From: Octopus vulgaris
Lineage: Eukaryota
DNA: 64,000 nucleotides
Assembly: GCA_951406725.2 (NCBI GenBank)
Contig: OX597821.1
Span: forward strand, 112,344,001 to 112,408,000
Reading direction: 5' to 3'
The notes under the pieces were generated by a model. It searched no databases, was not told where the DNA came from, and saw only the letters and a list, made by a program, of their open reading frames with translations. The number at the start of each line of letters is the position of its first letter. Position 1 is the first letter of the stretch. Shown here in pieces: positions 45,285 to 60,072 of this stretch. The translations under genes and the position numbers were made by a program.

Positions 45285-47101
45285 TATGTTGGCCCGGTAC
45301 TTTCTTGTGGGCAGGCATTGATCTTAGACTGCTATGATAAACACTTCTGTTTCTGATTTTAAGCCACAAGACACTAACCATCGAGTGGTAAGGAATCTGT
45401 AAACATTGGCTCTGCTAGCTCTCTTTAGGTATTTGCCATGGAGAGGTTTTTCTTGCCATTTATCAGTAAGAATATCTAAAACAGCGGTTTTAACACGCGT
45501 TTTCATACGCTTAGTTTTTTTCTGTGCATGTTTCCAGTGCATCTAATTCTGGGATTTGTTGTATTTGGAATTCACTTAGATATTCCTTTCCCTGTTTTGC
45601 TACTGTTTTCTTGTTTTCAGGCTTTAAGACAAGTTTTAACATCCAGTCCTCAGAGTTTTTCAGGTAGGTGTTGAAGCCAGTTGTGGCAATCTTCATTTTT
45701 ATTTCCAGTTGTGAAAGTCCACGGCCACCTTCTTTTCTTCGCATGTAAAGTCGATCTATATCTGCCTTAGGGCGTTGCATTCTATGCATTGTCAATAACT
45801 TTTGTATTTTTCTGTCTAGATTACATATTTCCGTTCTTGACCAGCTAACGATAATGAAACTGTAAGTCACGACCGGTATTGCAAAAGTACTGATCGCTTC
45901 GATCCTTTTCTTGCATTCAGCTGTCTTCAGTATTGCCCTCACTCTGCGATAACATTCTCTTCTGATCCTTTCCTTCATCATTGAATGTTTGATTCCATCA
46001 CCTTCAAATACCCCTAGGTATTTGTAGCTCTCCGCTGGTTCTAACTCCTTTATGACATTCTGTTGGTCAAGATTAACGTTGGATGTTTCTATTTATCCAG
46101 ACCAAATTGCATCCTGATGTCATCACTGAATTGTTTAACAATCGCTAGTAAGGCCTGTAGTTGTTCGTCATTTTTTGCAAAGAGCTTTAAATCATCCATG
46201 TGAAAGAGATGATTTATACTTTTATCAAAAATTTTATAGCCATAATGTACATCATCGAGCAATTTCTAGAGAGGCATTAAGGCTAGACAAGAGAGAAGTG
46301 GTGATAGAGAATCACCTTGAAAATTACCACATGAGAATTCTTGTCTCCAGCATTGAGAGATTCATTGCCACTGTCCAAAGTCAGTGTGGTTCTCCATGAT
46401 CTCATACTTACAGACAAGAAGTTTCGCAGAGTAGGTGCTATTTTATACATTTCTAGACATTTTTTGATGCAGCCGTGTGGTAGACTATCAAAAGCTTTTT
46501 TAATAGTCTATCAAGGCTATCGACAAGTTTTTGTGTCGTTTGTGACAATCTTCCAAGATCGTCCTATCGATGAGTAGCTGATCTTTACAACCATAGCACC
46601 CACGTTTACACCCTTTTTTGTTCATTAGTGAATATGCCACTTTCTATTAAAAGAACTATAGGTATATTCAGTCAAGACAGATGTCAATATTTTATACATT
46701 GTTGTTAATCATCTTATGGGTCCATAATTTTTTGGTACATTTGCTTCTTTTTTTGGAAGTGAGAATGTAACACCATTAACAAGCCAAGATGGAATCAATC
46801 TGGGTTGTTACAAAACATTAATGTAAAATTTTGTTAGTGGTTCATGACTCTCTAGGAAGGCATTCAACCAGAAGTTAGGAATTTTACTTCCATTTGTTTG
46901 ACTTCCCGAGAGCAGATCTTACATCCTCTACCTTCATACCCTCCCACTTCAGCTCTTCTAAGGAGTCTAAGTCAGTAGATATTCATTCAATCTAAGGGGC
47001 CTTTTTATTGTGTTTTTTCTTCAGCCTAAATTTTATTCCAAAATTCCTGCACTTCTTCTTTGATGGCACCGATTTTACTGTAACTGGTAAAGTAGCAAGG
47101 G
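45285..47101 (-). mobile_element. Degenerate R4/Dong-clade LINE, RT and thumb region
   Basis: KAFDSLPH, HMDDLKLF, YKYLG, AIPVVTYSF, RLYMRRKEGGRGL and KPLHGKY in broken frames. Confidence 0.85.
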
Positions 47102-47103
47102 TT

Positions 47104-47169
<66 letters not shown>

Positions 47170-47209
47170 TTCCTCCTCCTCCTCCTCATTATTATTATTA
47201 TCATAATCT

Positions 47210-47553
47210 CTTAACCACAGGTTTTGTTTGAACTCCTGGAGTCTTGCTTTCGTAGCGGTACCATGCTATTCGCTCTGTTCAGTTATCTAATACTTTCCAG
47301 ATATTTCTGGCCGTGCCAAGGAGGCAAACACTTTGTAACAGTTCTACTGGGCACTCTTTTCCAATTTCTTTTATATTCCTCTTGGTGCCTTCTGATACTG
47401 TTCCCAAGGACCCAACAATAATTGGCACTATCTTTACCTTCTTCATTTTCCATAGCCTGGCTATTTCATATTTGAGAGGGCTGTATTTATTTTTTTCCGC
47501 CTTCCTACTTGACTATTCGTGGGTCAATGGGGCACGCAACAGGAACTGTATAG
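47210..47553 (-). mobile_element. R4/Dong-clade 3' fragment (end of restriction-like endonuclease)
   Basis: Minus strand reads YEIARLWKMKKVKIVPIIVGSLG...VCLLGTAR. Confidence 0.7.
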
Positions 47554-47555
47554 CA

Positions 47556-47800
<245 letters not shown>

Positions 47801-47820
47801 TTTATCATTATTATTATTAT

Positions 47821-47972
47821 TGAGTGAGAGAGCAGTGCATGCCATCAAAGTGACACTGGGGTAAAATATACGAAGCCCAATATACCCATCATGACTACCC
47901 GTCTGATAAGGGTATACCAGGCACATGCATCACAACCATATGTGCGCGACATGGTGATCTCATATCAAGATT
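47821..47972 (-). mobile_element. Short 3' end of the 6250-type repeat between (TTA)n tracts
   Basis: Nearly identical to 58376-58525. Confidence 0.75.
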
Positions 47973-47997
47973 ATCATTATTATTATTATTATTTTTA

Positions 47998-48081
<84 letters not shown>

Positions 48082-48094
48082 GTATTAGTATTAT

Positions 48095-48570
48095 TTTATA
48101 TTTGACTTTTAATTTACATTTTGTACAAGTTGGCTCCCAGTCTCACCCAGAAACCTCAAGAGACAACAAGTTAGATGTTCATGTTGTTGTTATGCCTAGG
48201 GTGCCATATATTTGGTTTTCTACATAGTGTTGTTCTAGAGAATGTTTAAGAAACTATAAAAAATTCAAGAGTTTGTTTTAAAATTTGAGATTACATAGAA
48301 TTTTACGAAGTATATGGACAGTTTCATTGCGCACTATCTTTTGAATTTCTGCCATTTTGGGGTTTCCTGGTATCTGAGCTAGGAAGCAATCAGCCCCTTT
48401 TGCTATCATTCCTAGGGCAACTATGGCAACAGGTATTGTTTTAGTCTTCAGGTTCCACATTTTGCTGATTTCTATTTCAAGATATTTATATTTGCTCAGC
48501 TTTTTGGTAGGTCTTGACAGATACGTTTATATCGATTGGGACAGTCATATCAATGAGGAGGCATGATTTT
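48095..48570 (-). mobile_element. R4/Dong-clade 3' fragment
   Basis: KYKYLEIEISKMWNLKTKTIPVAIVALG...IQKIV...HILRKIL plus 3' UTR. Confidence 0.8.
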
Positions 48571-48710
48571 TGATTTTCATTATTATAATTATTATTATTG
48601 CTGTTGTTGTTGTTGGTGGTGGTGGTGGTTGTGGTGGTGGTGGTGGTGGTGGTGGTGGTGACGGTGGTGATGTTTTTGTTGTTATCATCATCATCATTAT
48701 TATTATTATG

Positions 48711-48780
<70 letters not shown>

Positions 48781-48831
48781 TAGGTGGTGGTGGTGGTGAT
48801 GGTGGTGATGTTGTTATCATCATCATCATCA

Positions 48832-48874
<43 letters not shown>

Positions 48875-49031
48875 CATTATTATTATTATTATTATCATTA
48901 TTATTATTGTTATTGTTGTTGTTGTTGTTGTTGGTGGTGGTGGTTGTGGTGGTGGTGGTGGTGGTGGTGGTGGTGGTGGTGACGGTGGTGATGTTTTTGT
49001 TGTTATCATCATCATCATTATTATTATTATG

Positions 49032-49100
<69 letters not shown>

Positions 49101-49155
49101 GTAGGTGGTGGTGGTGGTGATGGTGGTGATGTTGTTATCATCATCATCATCATCA

Positions 49156-49192
<37 letters not shown>

Positions 49193-49221
49193 CATCATTA
49201 TTATTATTATTATCATTATTA

Positions 49222-49259
<38 letters not shown>

Positions 49260-49343
49260 TGTGGTGGTGGTGGTGGTGGTGGTGGTGGTGGTGGTGACGG
49301 TGGTGATGTTTTTGTTGTTATCATCATCATTATTATTATTATG

Positions 49344-49379
<36 letters not shown>

Positions 49380-49458
49380 GTTATTGTTGTTGTTGTTGGT
49401 GGTGGTGGTGTAGGTGGTGGTGGTGGTGATGGTGGTGATGTTGTTATCATCATCATCA

Positions 49459-49492
<34 letters not shown>

Positions 49493-49527
49493 CATCATTA
49501 TTATTATTATTATTATTATCATTATTA

Positions 49528-49566
<39 letters not shown>

Positions 49567-49601
49567 TAGATGGTGTGGTGATGGTGGTGGTGGTGGTGAT
49601 G

Positions 49602-49647
<46 letters not shown>

Positions 49648-49649
49648 AA

Positions 49650-49708
<59 letters not shown>
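48571..49708. repeat. Higher-order repeat (~300-320 bp, ~3.3 units) built from ATT/GTT/GGT/ATC runs
   Basis: Landmark GACGGTGGTGATGTTTTTGTT recurs at ~48660, 48981 and 49296. Confidence 0.9.
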
Positions 49709-49710
<2 letters not shown>

Positions 49711-49930
49711 GGTTGTGAGCTGGTAGAATCATTAACACGCCTGACAAAATACGTAGTGGCATTTCGTACGTCCGCCTGTCCGTACGTTCTGAGTTCAAAT
49801 GCCTCCGAGGTCGACTTTACCTTTCATCCGTTCGGGGTCGGTAAAATAAGTACCAGTTGTACACTGGGGTCGATGTAAGTGACTTACGCATACCCTCAAA
49901 ATTTCAGGCTACGAGCCAAAATTTGGAACT
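49709..49930 (+). mobile_element. SINE family B, full length, diverged
   Basis: Head, B-box, Nin-like core and type-2-like tail. Confidence 0.82.
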
Positions 49931-50628
49931 ACCATCATCGTCACTATTATCATCATTGTTGTTGTTGCTGTGACAGTAGTTGTGATGATAGTGGTGGTGG
50001 TGGTGGTGGTGGTTCTCTCAGAGAGAATTGGAGTTGAGAATTATATCGATTACCGCAGGAGCGCCTTCCCAACGCAGACAACCTACATCACCATTAACGA
50101 CCACAAGATAAACTTTCAATCTCTCTCAAGAATCAAGGTTCACAGCACCCCCACCTCCAAGAACGAATCAAACTTGTTTAGCGAAAGAGTACTGAACACC
50201 ATTAATCTTAAAATTAGAAACGCCACTTGATTAGCTCTATGGAGTTCCAGTGTTGTTATAATTTAGCGTTTCAAGAATATAGAAGATAAAACACTAGATT
50301 ATTCCTAATATATCATAGAGTGCTGCCCATCTCTAACAGAATGAAGAACAAGAAAAAGAAGAAGAAGAAGAAGAAGAACAACAACAACAACAACGACGAC
50401 GGCAGGAAGAACAACATCTGCTACAATGTCTAGAAGAAAAATTGGTTTGCATTATCGGCAAACGACAAATAAAATTCGAATATGTTTCCCTCGAAGGGAG
50501 ATATTTCACAATAAATTGCTTCTCTCTAGTCGCTAAATATGCTACAATGCAGTAAAACAATATAAAGCAATTCACAGTCAAACGAACGTAAATAAATTTT
50601 CTCCTAAGTGGTCGAGTTTCGTTCAGTC

Positions 50629-50710
<82 letters not shown>

Positions 50711-50724
50711 GAATAGATAACACA

Positions 50725-51375
50725 TAACAAATCTGTAGATAAAATGGTTGAAACTGTATGGCATATTACCAGCCAATGTACGCCACTAGCCCAGAAGGAA
50801 TATAAGAGACGCCACGACAACATAGCCAGGCTCGTCCATTGGACACTTTGCAACAAGTATGGACTTGACAGAGCAAAAAATTGGTACGACCACAAACCAG
50901 AAGGCATCGTCGAAAATGATAATGAAAAGATCGTGTGGTATTTTATGATTCTGCGTGACCATGAGATAGAGAATAGGAAGCCAGACACAGTCTTAATTAA
51001 GATAGAAAGCAAACGATGCTGCATCAGAGATATAGCATGCCTAGCAGACAGCAAGGTATGCGATAAGGAAGAAAGAAAAGTCGATAGATATGACAGGTTA
51101 GCTTGGGAAGTTAAGCAGTTGTGGTCGATGAAAAAGAAGGTAGTAGTACCAATAACTGTCGGAGTCCTGGGAACAGTGAGTAAAAATCTTGAGAAGTACA
51201 TGGAACAAATAGGGGCTGCAATAAGGGCGGAGCACTTGTAGAAGACAGCACTACTTGGAATCACTCGAATACTCTGGAAAGTGTTCGAAAAATAAGAGGT
51301 GTTACCTTAGTTCACTGGTAGTGAATAGCTGACACCGCAGTACATCTCCAGCGTTAGAAACTGTGCAAAGGCAAT
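50725..51375 (+). mobile_element. R4/Dong-clade 3' fragment (zinc knuckle end + restriction-like endonuclease)
   Basis: ETVWHITSQC, YKRRHD, NRKPD, VVPITVGVLG; flanked by (TAA)n. Confidence 0.88.
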
Positions 51376-51379
51376 TATG

Positions 51380-51414
<35 letters not shown>

Positions 51415-51429
51415 TATTATTATTATTAT

Positions 51430-53478
51430 TTTTTTCTTTCTTCTTCTTTCAAATTTGCTTCCATTTCTTGCCGAGCGTCTTCCCGGCTCCTAGGGCAAAG
51501 AAACTCATAGTAAAAATTGGTAGGTCATTAAACCAAACTCAATAGTTCGTTCATTTTTTTTTTTAAGGTTAAATTAAAATACATGGGCAGTAACAGCTCT
51601 CACAGCGACAATGCTCTTCTCAATACGTGTGATGTACCAGTTAAGACAATCTTTTGCACTTCTTGCAGAGATGGTAAGCCAGGGATCATTCTCATATAAT
51701 TTTCGGTTCCCTTCTTGATCATTCCTAGTGCTCCTACGATCACTGGTATTGTAACCGCCTTGAGATGCCACATTTTCTCAATTTCAATGAGCAGGTCTTT
51801 ATATTTTCTGAGCTAGTCAAACTCTTTCGCCGAGATATTATGATCACAGGGGATGCTCATGTCGATCAATAAGCAAACTTTATTGTTTTTGTTTTTCACA
51901 ACAATATCTGGTTTATTGGCTTTGATGGTTCGGTCTGTATGTACTGGAAAGTCCCACAGAATGGTTACATTTTCTCCTTCAGTTACAGCTTCAGGGTGGT
52001 GATTATACCACTTGTCGGCAGTTTTGATATTGTAATGCCGACTTATTAGCCAGTGTAGATATTGGCCAACTCTGTCATGTCTTAATTTATACTCCACTGG
52101 TGCTAAGACTTTACATCCAAAGATAAGGTGGTCCACTGTTTCAATCATGTCATTGCAGAATCGGCATTTTTGGTCTGCTCCATTTTTCATTACATTGGCC
52201 TGGTAGTTCCGGGTTAATAGGCTTTGATCTTGAGCAGCCAGGATGAAACCTTCGCTCTCTGCTTTTAGCCCTGAGCTCCGTAGCCACTGATGGGTTTGCT
52301 TCTGGTCAACATCAGCTTGTTTGCTACGGGCCACATATTTGCCGTGCAGAGGTTTCTCCTCCTACCTATCAGCCAATTGCTCGTGCGCTTTTTTCGTTGC
52401 CATTATTTTCACCTTCTTTGCAACAATAGTTGCCGTACTTCCCTCGGGTTGTTCAGTTTGGGTATCCTGCACGAGATCAATAGCAAATTTTTTGCTTTCC
52501 TTTATGATAGAATGAAGCTTCTTTCGTCTCTCGTGATTTTCCACGAGCTTTAGCATCCAGTCATTCATTATTTCAAGATATTTGGCCAATCCAATTGTGG
52601 TTGTTTTGTAAGCTAGTTCAAATTGGATCAGGCCTCGACCTCCTTGGGCTCTGGGAAGGTAATGGCGATCTACGTCTGCCTTTGGGTGGTGCATCCTATT
52701 ACAACTCAGCAGCTTGCGTATTTTCCTGTCTATATTCTTTACTTCACTCATATTCCAGTTCAACACATTGTAGCTATAAGTAACAACTGGAACTGCTAAG
52801 GAATTTATAGCTAACACCTTGTTACGTGCATTTAGTTCAGATTTCAGGACTGCACGAACTCTCCTATAACATTCCTTCCTGATCTTCTCTTTCATGCTTG
52901 CATGCTGAATACCAGAGCCTTCATTTATCCCTAAATATTTGTATGTTTGTTCTTGCTCAAGCTCTCTTATGACTGTGTCAACATCTAACACGACTGAATT
53001 TGTGGTCTTCACTTTCCCTTTCTGGAAAGTGGCCTTGGCACACTTCTCAAGCCCAAACTCCATCTCGATGTCATCGTTGAATGCTTTCACGGTGCGCAAT
53101 AGGCCTTCAAGTTCATTATTGTCTTTCCCATAGAGTTTTAAGTCATCCATATAAAATAGATGGCTTATTTTTTTATTGGCAATTTTATACCAATACCCTG
53201 TTCTGTTTAATTCACTTGTAAGGGGTATTAGGGCTATGCAGAATATTAAAGGTGAAAGTGAGTCACCTTGAAAAATTCCACAGTTGATGTTTATATTTTC
53301 TGAGGCAAGTACTCCATTAGAGTGGTATAATTGGAGATTCGTATTCCACAACGACATATTGTGCTTCAGGAAGTTTGAAACCACAGGGGAAATTTTGAAG
53401 ATGTCCAGCGATCTTAAGATCCATGGAGACGGTATACTATCGAAGGCCTTTTTATAGTCAATCCATGCGGAGCTGAGA
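51430..53478 (-). mobile_element. R4/Dong-clade LINE, 5'-truncated (RT, CCHC knuckle, restriction-like endonuclease, 3' UTR)
   Basis: WIDYKKAFDS, GIFQGDSLSPL, YMDDLKLY, GGRGL, CRFC...H...C, RHD and KPD with few disruptions; (TAA)n on both sides. Confidence 0.93.
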
Positions 53479-53495
53479 TTTTATTATTATTATTA

Positions 53496-53581
<86 letters not shown>

Positions 53582-53611
53582 GTTGTTGTTGTTGTTGTTG
53601 CTGTTATTATT

Positions 53612-53895
53612 ATAAAGAACCCATATGTGGAGCTTAAAACAGAAACAATGCTAATGATAAGAGGTATATAGGTATGTTTAGAAAACATACAGACAAAATG
53701 CATAACTAAAACACCAGGATTTACGAATATAACATACAGAAAATAGCACTACTAGGCATCGGACACATCCTACGTAAAACACTTTCAGTACAGTGAAAAT
53801 AAGAGCACCACAACAAACCACAGCACATATACAAGGTACACAGAGCTGCGGTCAGTAATGCAATGAAAGCACGTGATAAAAATAAGTCTACGAAC
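53612..53895 (+). mobile_element. R4/Dong-clade extreme 3' fragment
   Basis: NIQKIALLGIGHILRKTLSVQ* then short UTR and AAC/AAT repeats. Confidence 0.75.
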
Positions 53896-53959
53896 AACAA
53901 AAACAAAAAAAAGCAGCAGCAACAACAACAACAACAACAACAATAATAATAATAATAAT

Positions 53960-54110
53960 AATCCTTTCTACTATAGGCACAAGACCTGAAATTTTTAGGG
54001 AAGGGCCAAGTCGATTGCACCGACCCCAGTGTTTCACTGGCACTTATTTTATCGACCCCGAAAAGATTAAAAGCAAAGTGAACCTAGGTGGAATTTGAAC
54101 TCAGAACATA
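53960..54110 (-). mobile_element. SINE family B, 3' half, tail type 2
   Basis: Core plus TCAGGTCTTGTGCCTATAGTAGAAAGGATT(ATT)n. Confidence 0.8.
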
Positions 54111-54779
54111 GAAACAAATGAAAGGATTAAAAGTTGACGTCGGAGTGGTTCAAACACAGAATGTGAAGAGAAACATCTAAATCCTGTAAGACATTTCTGA
54201 ACACCTTGAATAATGCCAGGCTACCGTTCCACTAAGATAGGCACAAGGCCTGACCTTAAACCTACTCTCGTATTTGACTGGTACTTTATTTTACATTTAT
54301 TACACGTATAAGTTCAATAATATACTGAGGGGCTTATATAGAGATGAGTGTTTTATTACTATACATAAAAGGATACCTAATGGTTAGATGGGTTAGGAAA
54401 AAAGTGCCTTTGAGTTATTTAGATCTAAAGACAAGTATTGCTACAAAGCTAACTTTTTATAGTTAATGTCTTTGATATCATAAATTTAGAAAGTAATTAA
54501 CATTACCCATTCAGTGATCCAAATCAAATGCTGAAGTACATAAATACCGTTTCAAAGCACCCCAATTGCTATTATAGATAGTTTGGTGTAAAGCGTTAGT
54601 ATACCATTAACCAACAATTCTTCGGATATATTTCTCCATACCCCCACCCAAACCCAGCAGCGGATCGTTAATATTAGAAAGTTTTAAAACGCAGCGGTTA
54701 TAAGAGTAATAAAAAAATGTATATAATATTATTCATCCTCACATACATGCTTGCTTGCTTCATGTTCTTAGTTGATGAG

Positions 54780-55140
54780 GCTGAGGTCATCCCATGCTAA
54801 TGGCCCTAGAGACGTCATCATGCGTAGAGCCAGCGAAGCCTACCAGTGCTCTCCATCGCTGGCGCACCCGTGCCAGCACCTTCTGCATCCTCCAAGGGTA
54901 ACGTTGGGCGTCTGGAGATCTTCCTAAATCACACCCAGCCACCTGATGCGGACCCTGCTACGAGGCTTCTTCCAGTCCTCAGCTGCGACATCGAATGAGT
55001 GTAAAGCCCTGGTAGGTTGATTTAGTGAGAGACGCAGGACATGTCCGTACCAGCGCATCCGACGAAGAGCTATGAGCTGGGAGGCTGCGGGATGATGCAT
55101 GCGTGCACACAGGTCATTGTTGGAAACGTGATGGCACCAC
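54780..55140 (-). mobile_element. RTE-clade LINE C-terminal fragment
   Basis: LRRMRWYGHVLRL...WKKPRSRVRIRW resembles the RTE motif RLRWxGHVxR...RPRGRPxxRW. Confidence 0.7.
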
Positions 55141-56375
55141 CTGAGGTTCTCTACATTGATCCTTTCCAATATTTGCTCTTCTATAAGATCAGCATCTTGT
55201 TTTTGCTTGTTAATCAGTGGAGTATCACAGTTTTGCTTCTCTCCTGCCCAGACTTTACTGCAAAACACAACTATTTCTTGCTCTGAATATATTTCTATTT
55301 TGATTGTACTCCTTCCAATATGTCTATAGAATTTCTTTGAATTATTTTTGAACATATTATCTTTGAAGAAACTGGATCCTTTTTCAAAATGGCGAATGCA
55401 CGCAGCTTCGGCCGGCTCTGTTTAGTTTTATCTTCTCCATTACTCCAGCAAATAGATGTTCTGACTTCAGTTCATATTTTCTCATTATCTTTCTTTTCTT
55501 AAATGGTTTTATATTACGATTATTACCTAAGTTTTTCACTATTTCAATATCAGATCGGAGAGCGTTGTTTTGTTTCTTGCTTTTATTTTTTTGCCGCGTT
55601 GATCTTTTACGACACACATTTAGGTACACAGCAGGAGCAGTGGCATAGAATAACTCATTCAAAGATGTGATATCCGGTTCATTTTGGTTTATTATAATCT
55701 TAACGGCCATATTCACCTAACAAATTCTTTTGTCATATTTTTAATTTCTATTGCGTATGTTGGAGGCGCAATGGCCCAGTGGTTAGAGCAGAGGACTCGC
55801 GGTCGAAGGATCGCGGTTTCGATTCCCAGACCGGGTGTTGTGTGTGTTTATTGAGCGAAAACACCTTAAATGCTCCGGCAGTGGGTGGAAACCGGACCCA
55901 TGAGCCTGGCTAGGCTTGAAAAGGGTGACGTTATTGCGTATGTTCCTTCATGTCCATATCTTGAACTTTGATCCATTCAGCAAATATTTGCTCTTCAAGT
56001 TCTGTCACCGCACTCGTCCTGATATCAACATTATTTATTTCCGTTCAATTGTTTATCATTTCATTAACATGTTCCTCTTCAATGCTTTGATCTCAGGAGA
56101 GCGTATTCATGACTTTTCTTATTGCGACTGTCATGTTATTTATGAACGCTATTTACTGCTTTCACACTGACATCATAGATTCTGTCTTCATTTTTGAGTT
56201 GTATTCACTGGGTTCTTTCTCAAATCTGTTTGTATATCTTTTTCTTGGCCAATTCCAATGTCAATAAACTATTCCGTTTTATAACATTTCTATCTTCATT
56301 GACAGATTTATTACTGCTTATCTTTCGTCTAATGTTGCCCCAAATTCGTTATGTTTGCTCAATATTTGAAACTTC
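55140..56375 (-). mobile_element. Degenerate N-terminal part of an R4/Dong-like ORF, interrupted by a SINE
   Basis: DITSLNELFYATA, MFKNNSKKFYRHI and K/N-rich broken frames typical of the pre-RT region. Confidence 0.55.
55763..55930 (+). mobile_element. tRNA-derived SINE family F, internally deleted
   Basis: GGAGGCGCAATGGCCCAGTGGTTAG A-box and GTTTCGATTCC B-box; no acceptor stem. Confidence 0.7.
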
Positions 56376-56399
56376 TGAAGGACAATACAAAGAAGTTTA

Positions 56400-56925
56400 A
56401 TAAGCAACAGTCTGTCCAGGACTATTTCTGTCACTTGATATCATTGGTACCTGCTGGTGTTGGACACCAAAGGCCTTCAGAGAGATTTATCCCTTTTCTG
56501 GGAGACCTCCAGCCTCATATTGTTGGGAGAGGTGTGAACTAGTAGCAAATTCTTCGATCCTTGACGGGTTTTTCTCCAGGTTAAGAGAGTGGCGAGAATG
56601 ATACGAATGAACGGGTTTGTCCTGAGCATACGCTTATAATTGGAGAAGAAATGAGATAAGGCACCGGGCACAGAAGTCAGGAACCCTGGTTTTATGGGTT
56701 TTTTTCATGAGCAGCCCTCGAACGTCTCTTCCCTATAGAGTATCATACATTGTTAAACTTGTTTTTCCCCTATTATTACGACAAACGTATTTACAAGCAA
56801 AACCCTCGCAACAACACACTCACACACATACACACATACATTCTTTGTTTTGGTCTGTGCTGTCCATCATGTAAACCCTTTGTGGCCAATAAATGTAAAC
56901 GCTTTGTGGTCAATAAGTAAATAAT
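56400..56925 (+). mobile_element. Probable 3' end of another LINE (possibly L1/Tx1-like)
   Basis: Frame ending VARMIRMNGFVLSIRL*, UTR ending AAACCCTTTGTGGCCAATAAA; the same terminus occurs at 14158-14235(-). Clade is a guess. Confidence 0.45.
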
Positions 56926-56949
56926 AATAATTAGTATTATTGTTGTTAT

Positions 56950-57722
56950 TTACTTTTAATCAGCATGTTTGCTACAATCACTTGCCGAGACACACCTAGC
57001 GTCCTAGGGCGAGTGAAAGATAAGAGATGCTAGAATGTGACTGGAAGCTTGGGGAGGGGAAGTAGAAGAGGCAGTAGCGAAATATCTTCATGTAATGCAA
57101 CTCAGACATTTAAACTGATAAGGTTTTTCTAAGGAAGTGGGCAGTACTTGCTAGCACTATCTTTTGAATTTCTCTGAGACATGGTCCTCCTGGGATCTTA
57201 CCTAGATGTTTCTGACGTCCCTTTTTTATCATACCTATAGCACCTGCAATAGCCGGAACAGTTTTTGCTTCAAGAGGCCACATCTCTTGTATTCTAATTT
57301 CCAGGTCCTCATACTTACTTAACTTGTCAAATTCCTTTACAGATATATTTTTATCAGTGGGAACATTTACAAGAATTTTCTTCTCTGTCTTTAATAATTA
57401 TGTCTGGTCGATTAACCTGGATCGTTCTGTCGGTGTTGACTGGAAAATCTCAAAGGATAGTGACATTTTAACCTTCACCGACTGGTTCAGGATGATATTC
57501 ATACCAGGAAGCAGGGATGCCGATTTTGTAGTGCTTATATATTTTCCAATGTAAATACTGTTCAACTGTATCGTGGCGATTTTTTGTATTCGTTCGGTAT
57601 CAATACAGGACATCCCGAAACGACATGGTCTATTGTTACGTCAAATGTTTCGCAGAATCTGCATTTAGGGTCAGAACCGTTTTGAAGAGCGTTAGTATGG
57701 TAGTTTTTGGTAAGAGAGCACA
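56950..57722 (-). mobile_element. R4/Dong-clade 3' fragment
   Basis: DPKCRFCETFDVTIDHVVSGC...KLSKYEDLEI...VPAIAGAIG...IQKIVLASTAHFLRK. Confidence 0.82.
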
Positions 57723-57724
57723 GT

Positions 57725-58345
57725 ATCCAATATCGTGATATTGTTGATTGAAGATATTGAGTCTACCGGGGGTTTGAACTGTCTGTCAAGTCACAAGAAC
57801 CTTAGCTAGACAGTACTTTACGCAATATGCATGCAGTTTCAAGTAATATACCTAGATTGTTGGATATTTCTAGAGTTTTCAGATGTTTTTTTTTTTTCGA
57901 GTGAGTGATATTGAACCCAACGCTCTGATGGCAATAGGGACAACCTTTATATTTGACTCTCGTAGCTGCCACATCTTGGCAATCTCAATTCTCAGGTTTC
58001 CATAATTATCAATCTTTTCTCTTTCCTTCATGATAATATGTTGCTCTCCTGGCACTGTCCCGTCGATTATTGGGCACATTTGTTTGTCCCTCCTAAAGGT
58101 TACTATATCCGGCCTTCGGTGCTCTAGCACCATGTCTGTTTGGAAGTCAAAGTCCCGGAGGATTTTTGCCTTCCCTTTTTTCGTCCATTGTCTTTTTCAG
58201 TGTATGTTGGAACCAAGCACTCGTTGCTTCGTATCCATACTTCCGGCATAGTAGCCAGTGATGGTTTGGGACTACCTTGTCGTGTCTGCACTTGTACTCT
58301 TTCTGCGCAAGACTTTCACAAGCACTAACATTGTAAGTCACGCTT
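57725..58345 (-). mobile_element. R4/Dong-clade 3' fragment, different subfamily
   Basis: SACESLAQKEYKCRHD, HRRPD, EIAKMW and VVPIAIRALG. Confidence 0.82.
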
Positions 58346-58375
58346 TCTACCATTATTATTATTATTATTATCATT

Positions 58376-58772
58376 GAGTGAGAGAGCAGTGCATGCCATC
58401 AAAGTGACACTGGGGTAAAATATACGAAGCCCAATATACCCATCATGACTACCCGTCTGATAAAGGTACACCAGGCACATGCATCACGACCATATGTTCG
58501 CGACATGGTGATCTCATATCAAGATAAACAGCACATGACCTTGCAGGTGGGGCCCAGTTAGAATTTTCTTCAGGTTGAGTAGCCCATCCCGCTCAAACGG
58601 TCCCTGAATAAGGGTTGTTTAAGGATGTTGAAAGAACCACCCATGTTTCCAGAGGTGAACTATCCAAACCCCAAAGAATCCCTCTCAACACATGGCTATG
58701 ATGCTCCCCCACTACTTCTGCTCGTGATCAGAGATGCACATATCGTCAGCCACTAAGGGACATGCTCAACTG

Positions 58773-58775
<3 letters not shown>
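58376..58775 (-). mobile_element. Copy of the 6250-type repeat between (TTA)n tracts
   Basis: Reverse complement of ~6322-6745. Confidence 0.75.
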
Positions 58776-58837
<62 letters not shown>

Positions 58838-59199
58838 CATCACAACAATACGCTAAACACAGACGACACTAAGTTACTCTGTAAGACAATTTCCAGGTGA
58901 ATGCAAAAGGAAGAAAGGAAAAAAAAATGCTCGAAATGAGGTCATACGAAGAAAATTATTTTATCGAAAATAAAGTAGAAAAGTCGAACTGGAGCTAACA
59001 TTAGCGATTACTTGCGTCGTGTTGCATTACGTCTCTTCTCTCTTTCTCTCTGTCTCTCTTTCTCCCCTTCTCCTTCTCTCCCTCTCCTTCGCTTTCTACT
59101 TTTCAACACCCACCACCCACCTACACACACACGTAAATGCATGCTTGCATATATATATATATATATATATTCACACATAAACATATACATATATATATC

Positions 59200-59287
<88 letters not shown>

Positions 59288-59315
59288 TATACATATATAT
59301 ATGTATATGTTTGTG

Positions 59316-59349
<34 letters not shown>

Positions 59350-60012
59350 TATCTGCATATCTTTATTTTTTTATCTTCTACTTGTTTCAGTTAGTAGACA
59401 AATATATACATACATATATATATTTTGATATATATATATGTGTATGTGTGCGTATGTGTATATATATATCCATATATATGCATATGTACATATATATGTA
59501 TGTATATACGTGCATACATATATATGTGTGTCTATGTATGCACACATACACGCACACATACATACACACACACACAAACACACACATACATGCATATATA
59601 TATATATATATATACATGCGTACATACATGCACATATACATATGATATGCCCCGGTCTTAGAACCAATACAACCACAATATACATATACGTGTATACATG
59701 TTTGTATGTATGCATGTATGGATATAGATATCTATGTGTGCATATTATATATATATATATGTGTAATATATGTATATGTGTTTGTATATATATATATATC
59801 TATATATGTATATGTATATACATACGTACACACACACATATATATATATATATACATATATATATATGTGTGTGTGTGTGTGTATGTGTGCGTGTATGTA
59901 TGCATACACAGACACACACATATATATATATACATATATATATGCATGTATATACATACATATATATGTACATATGCATATATATACACATACACACACA
60001 CATACATACATA

Positions 60013-60072
<60 letters not shown>

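Noticed and set aside
50020-50260. Possible old LINE 3' remnant (ENYIDYRRS...NLFSERVLNT)
   Set aside because: Only a faint resemblance to CR1-type C-termini; too degenerate to support.
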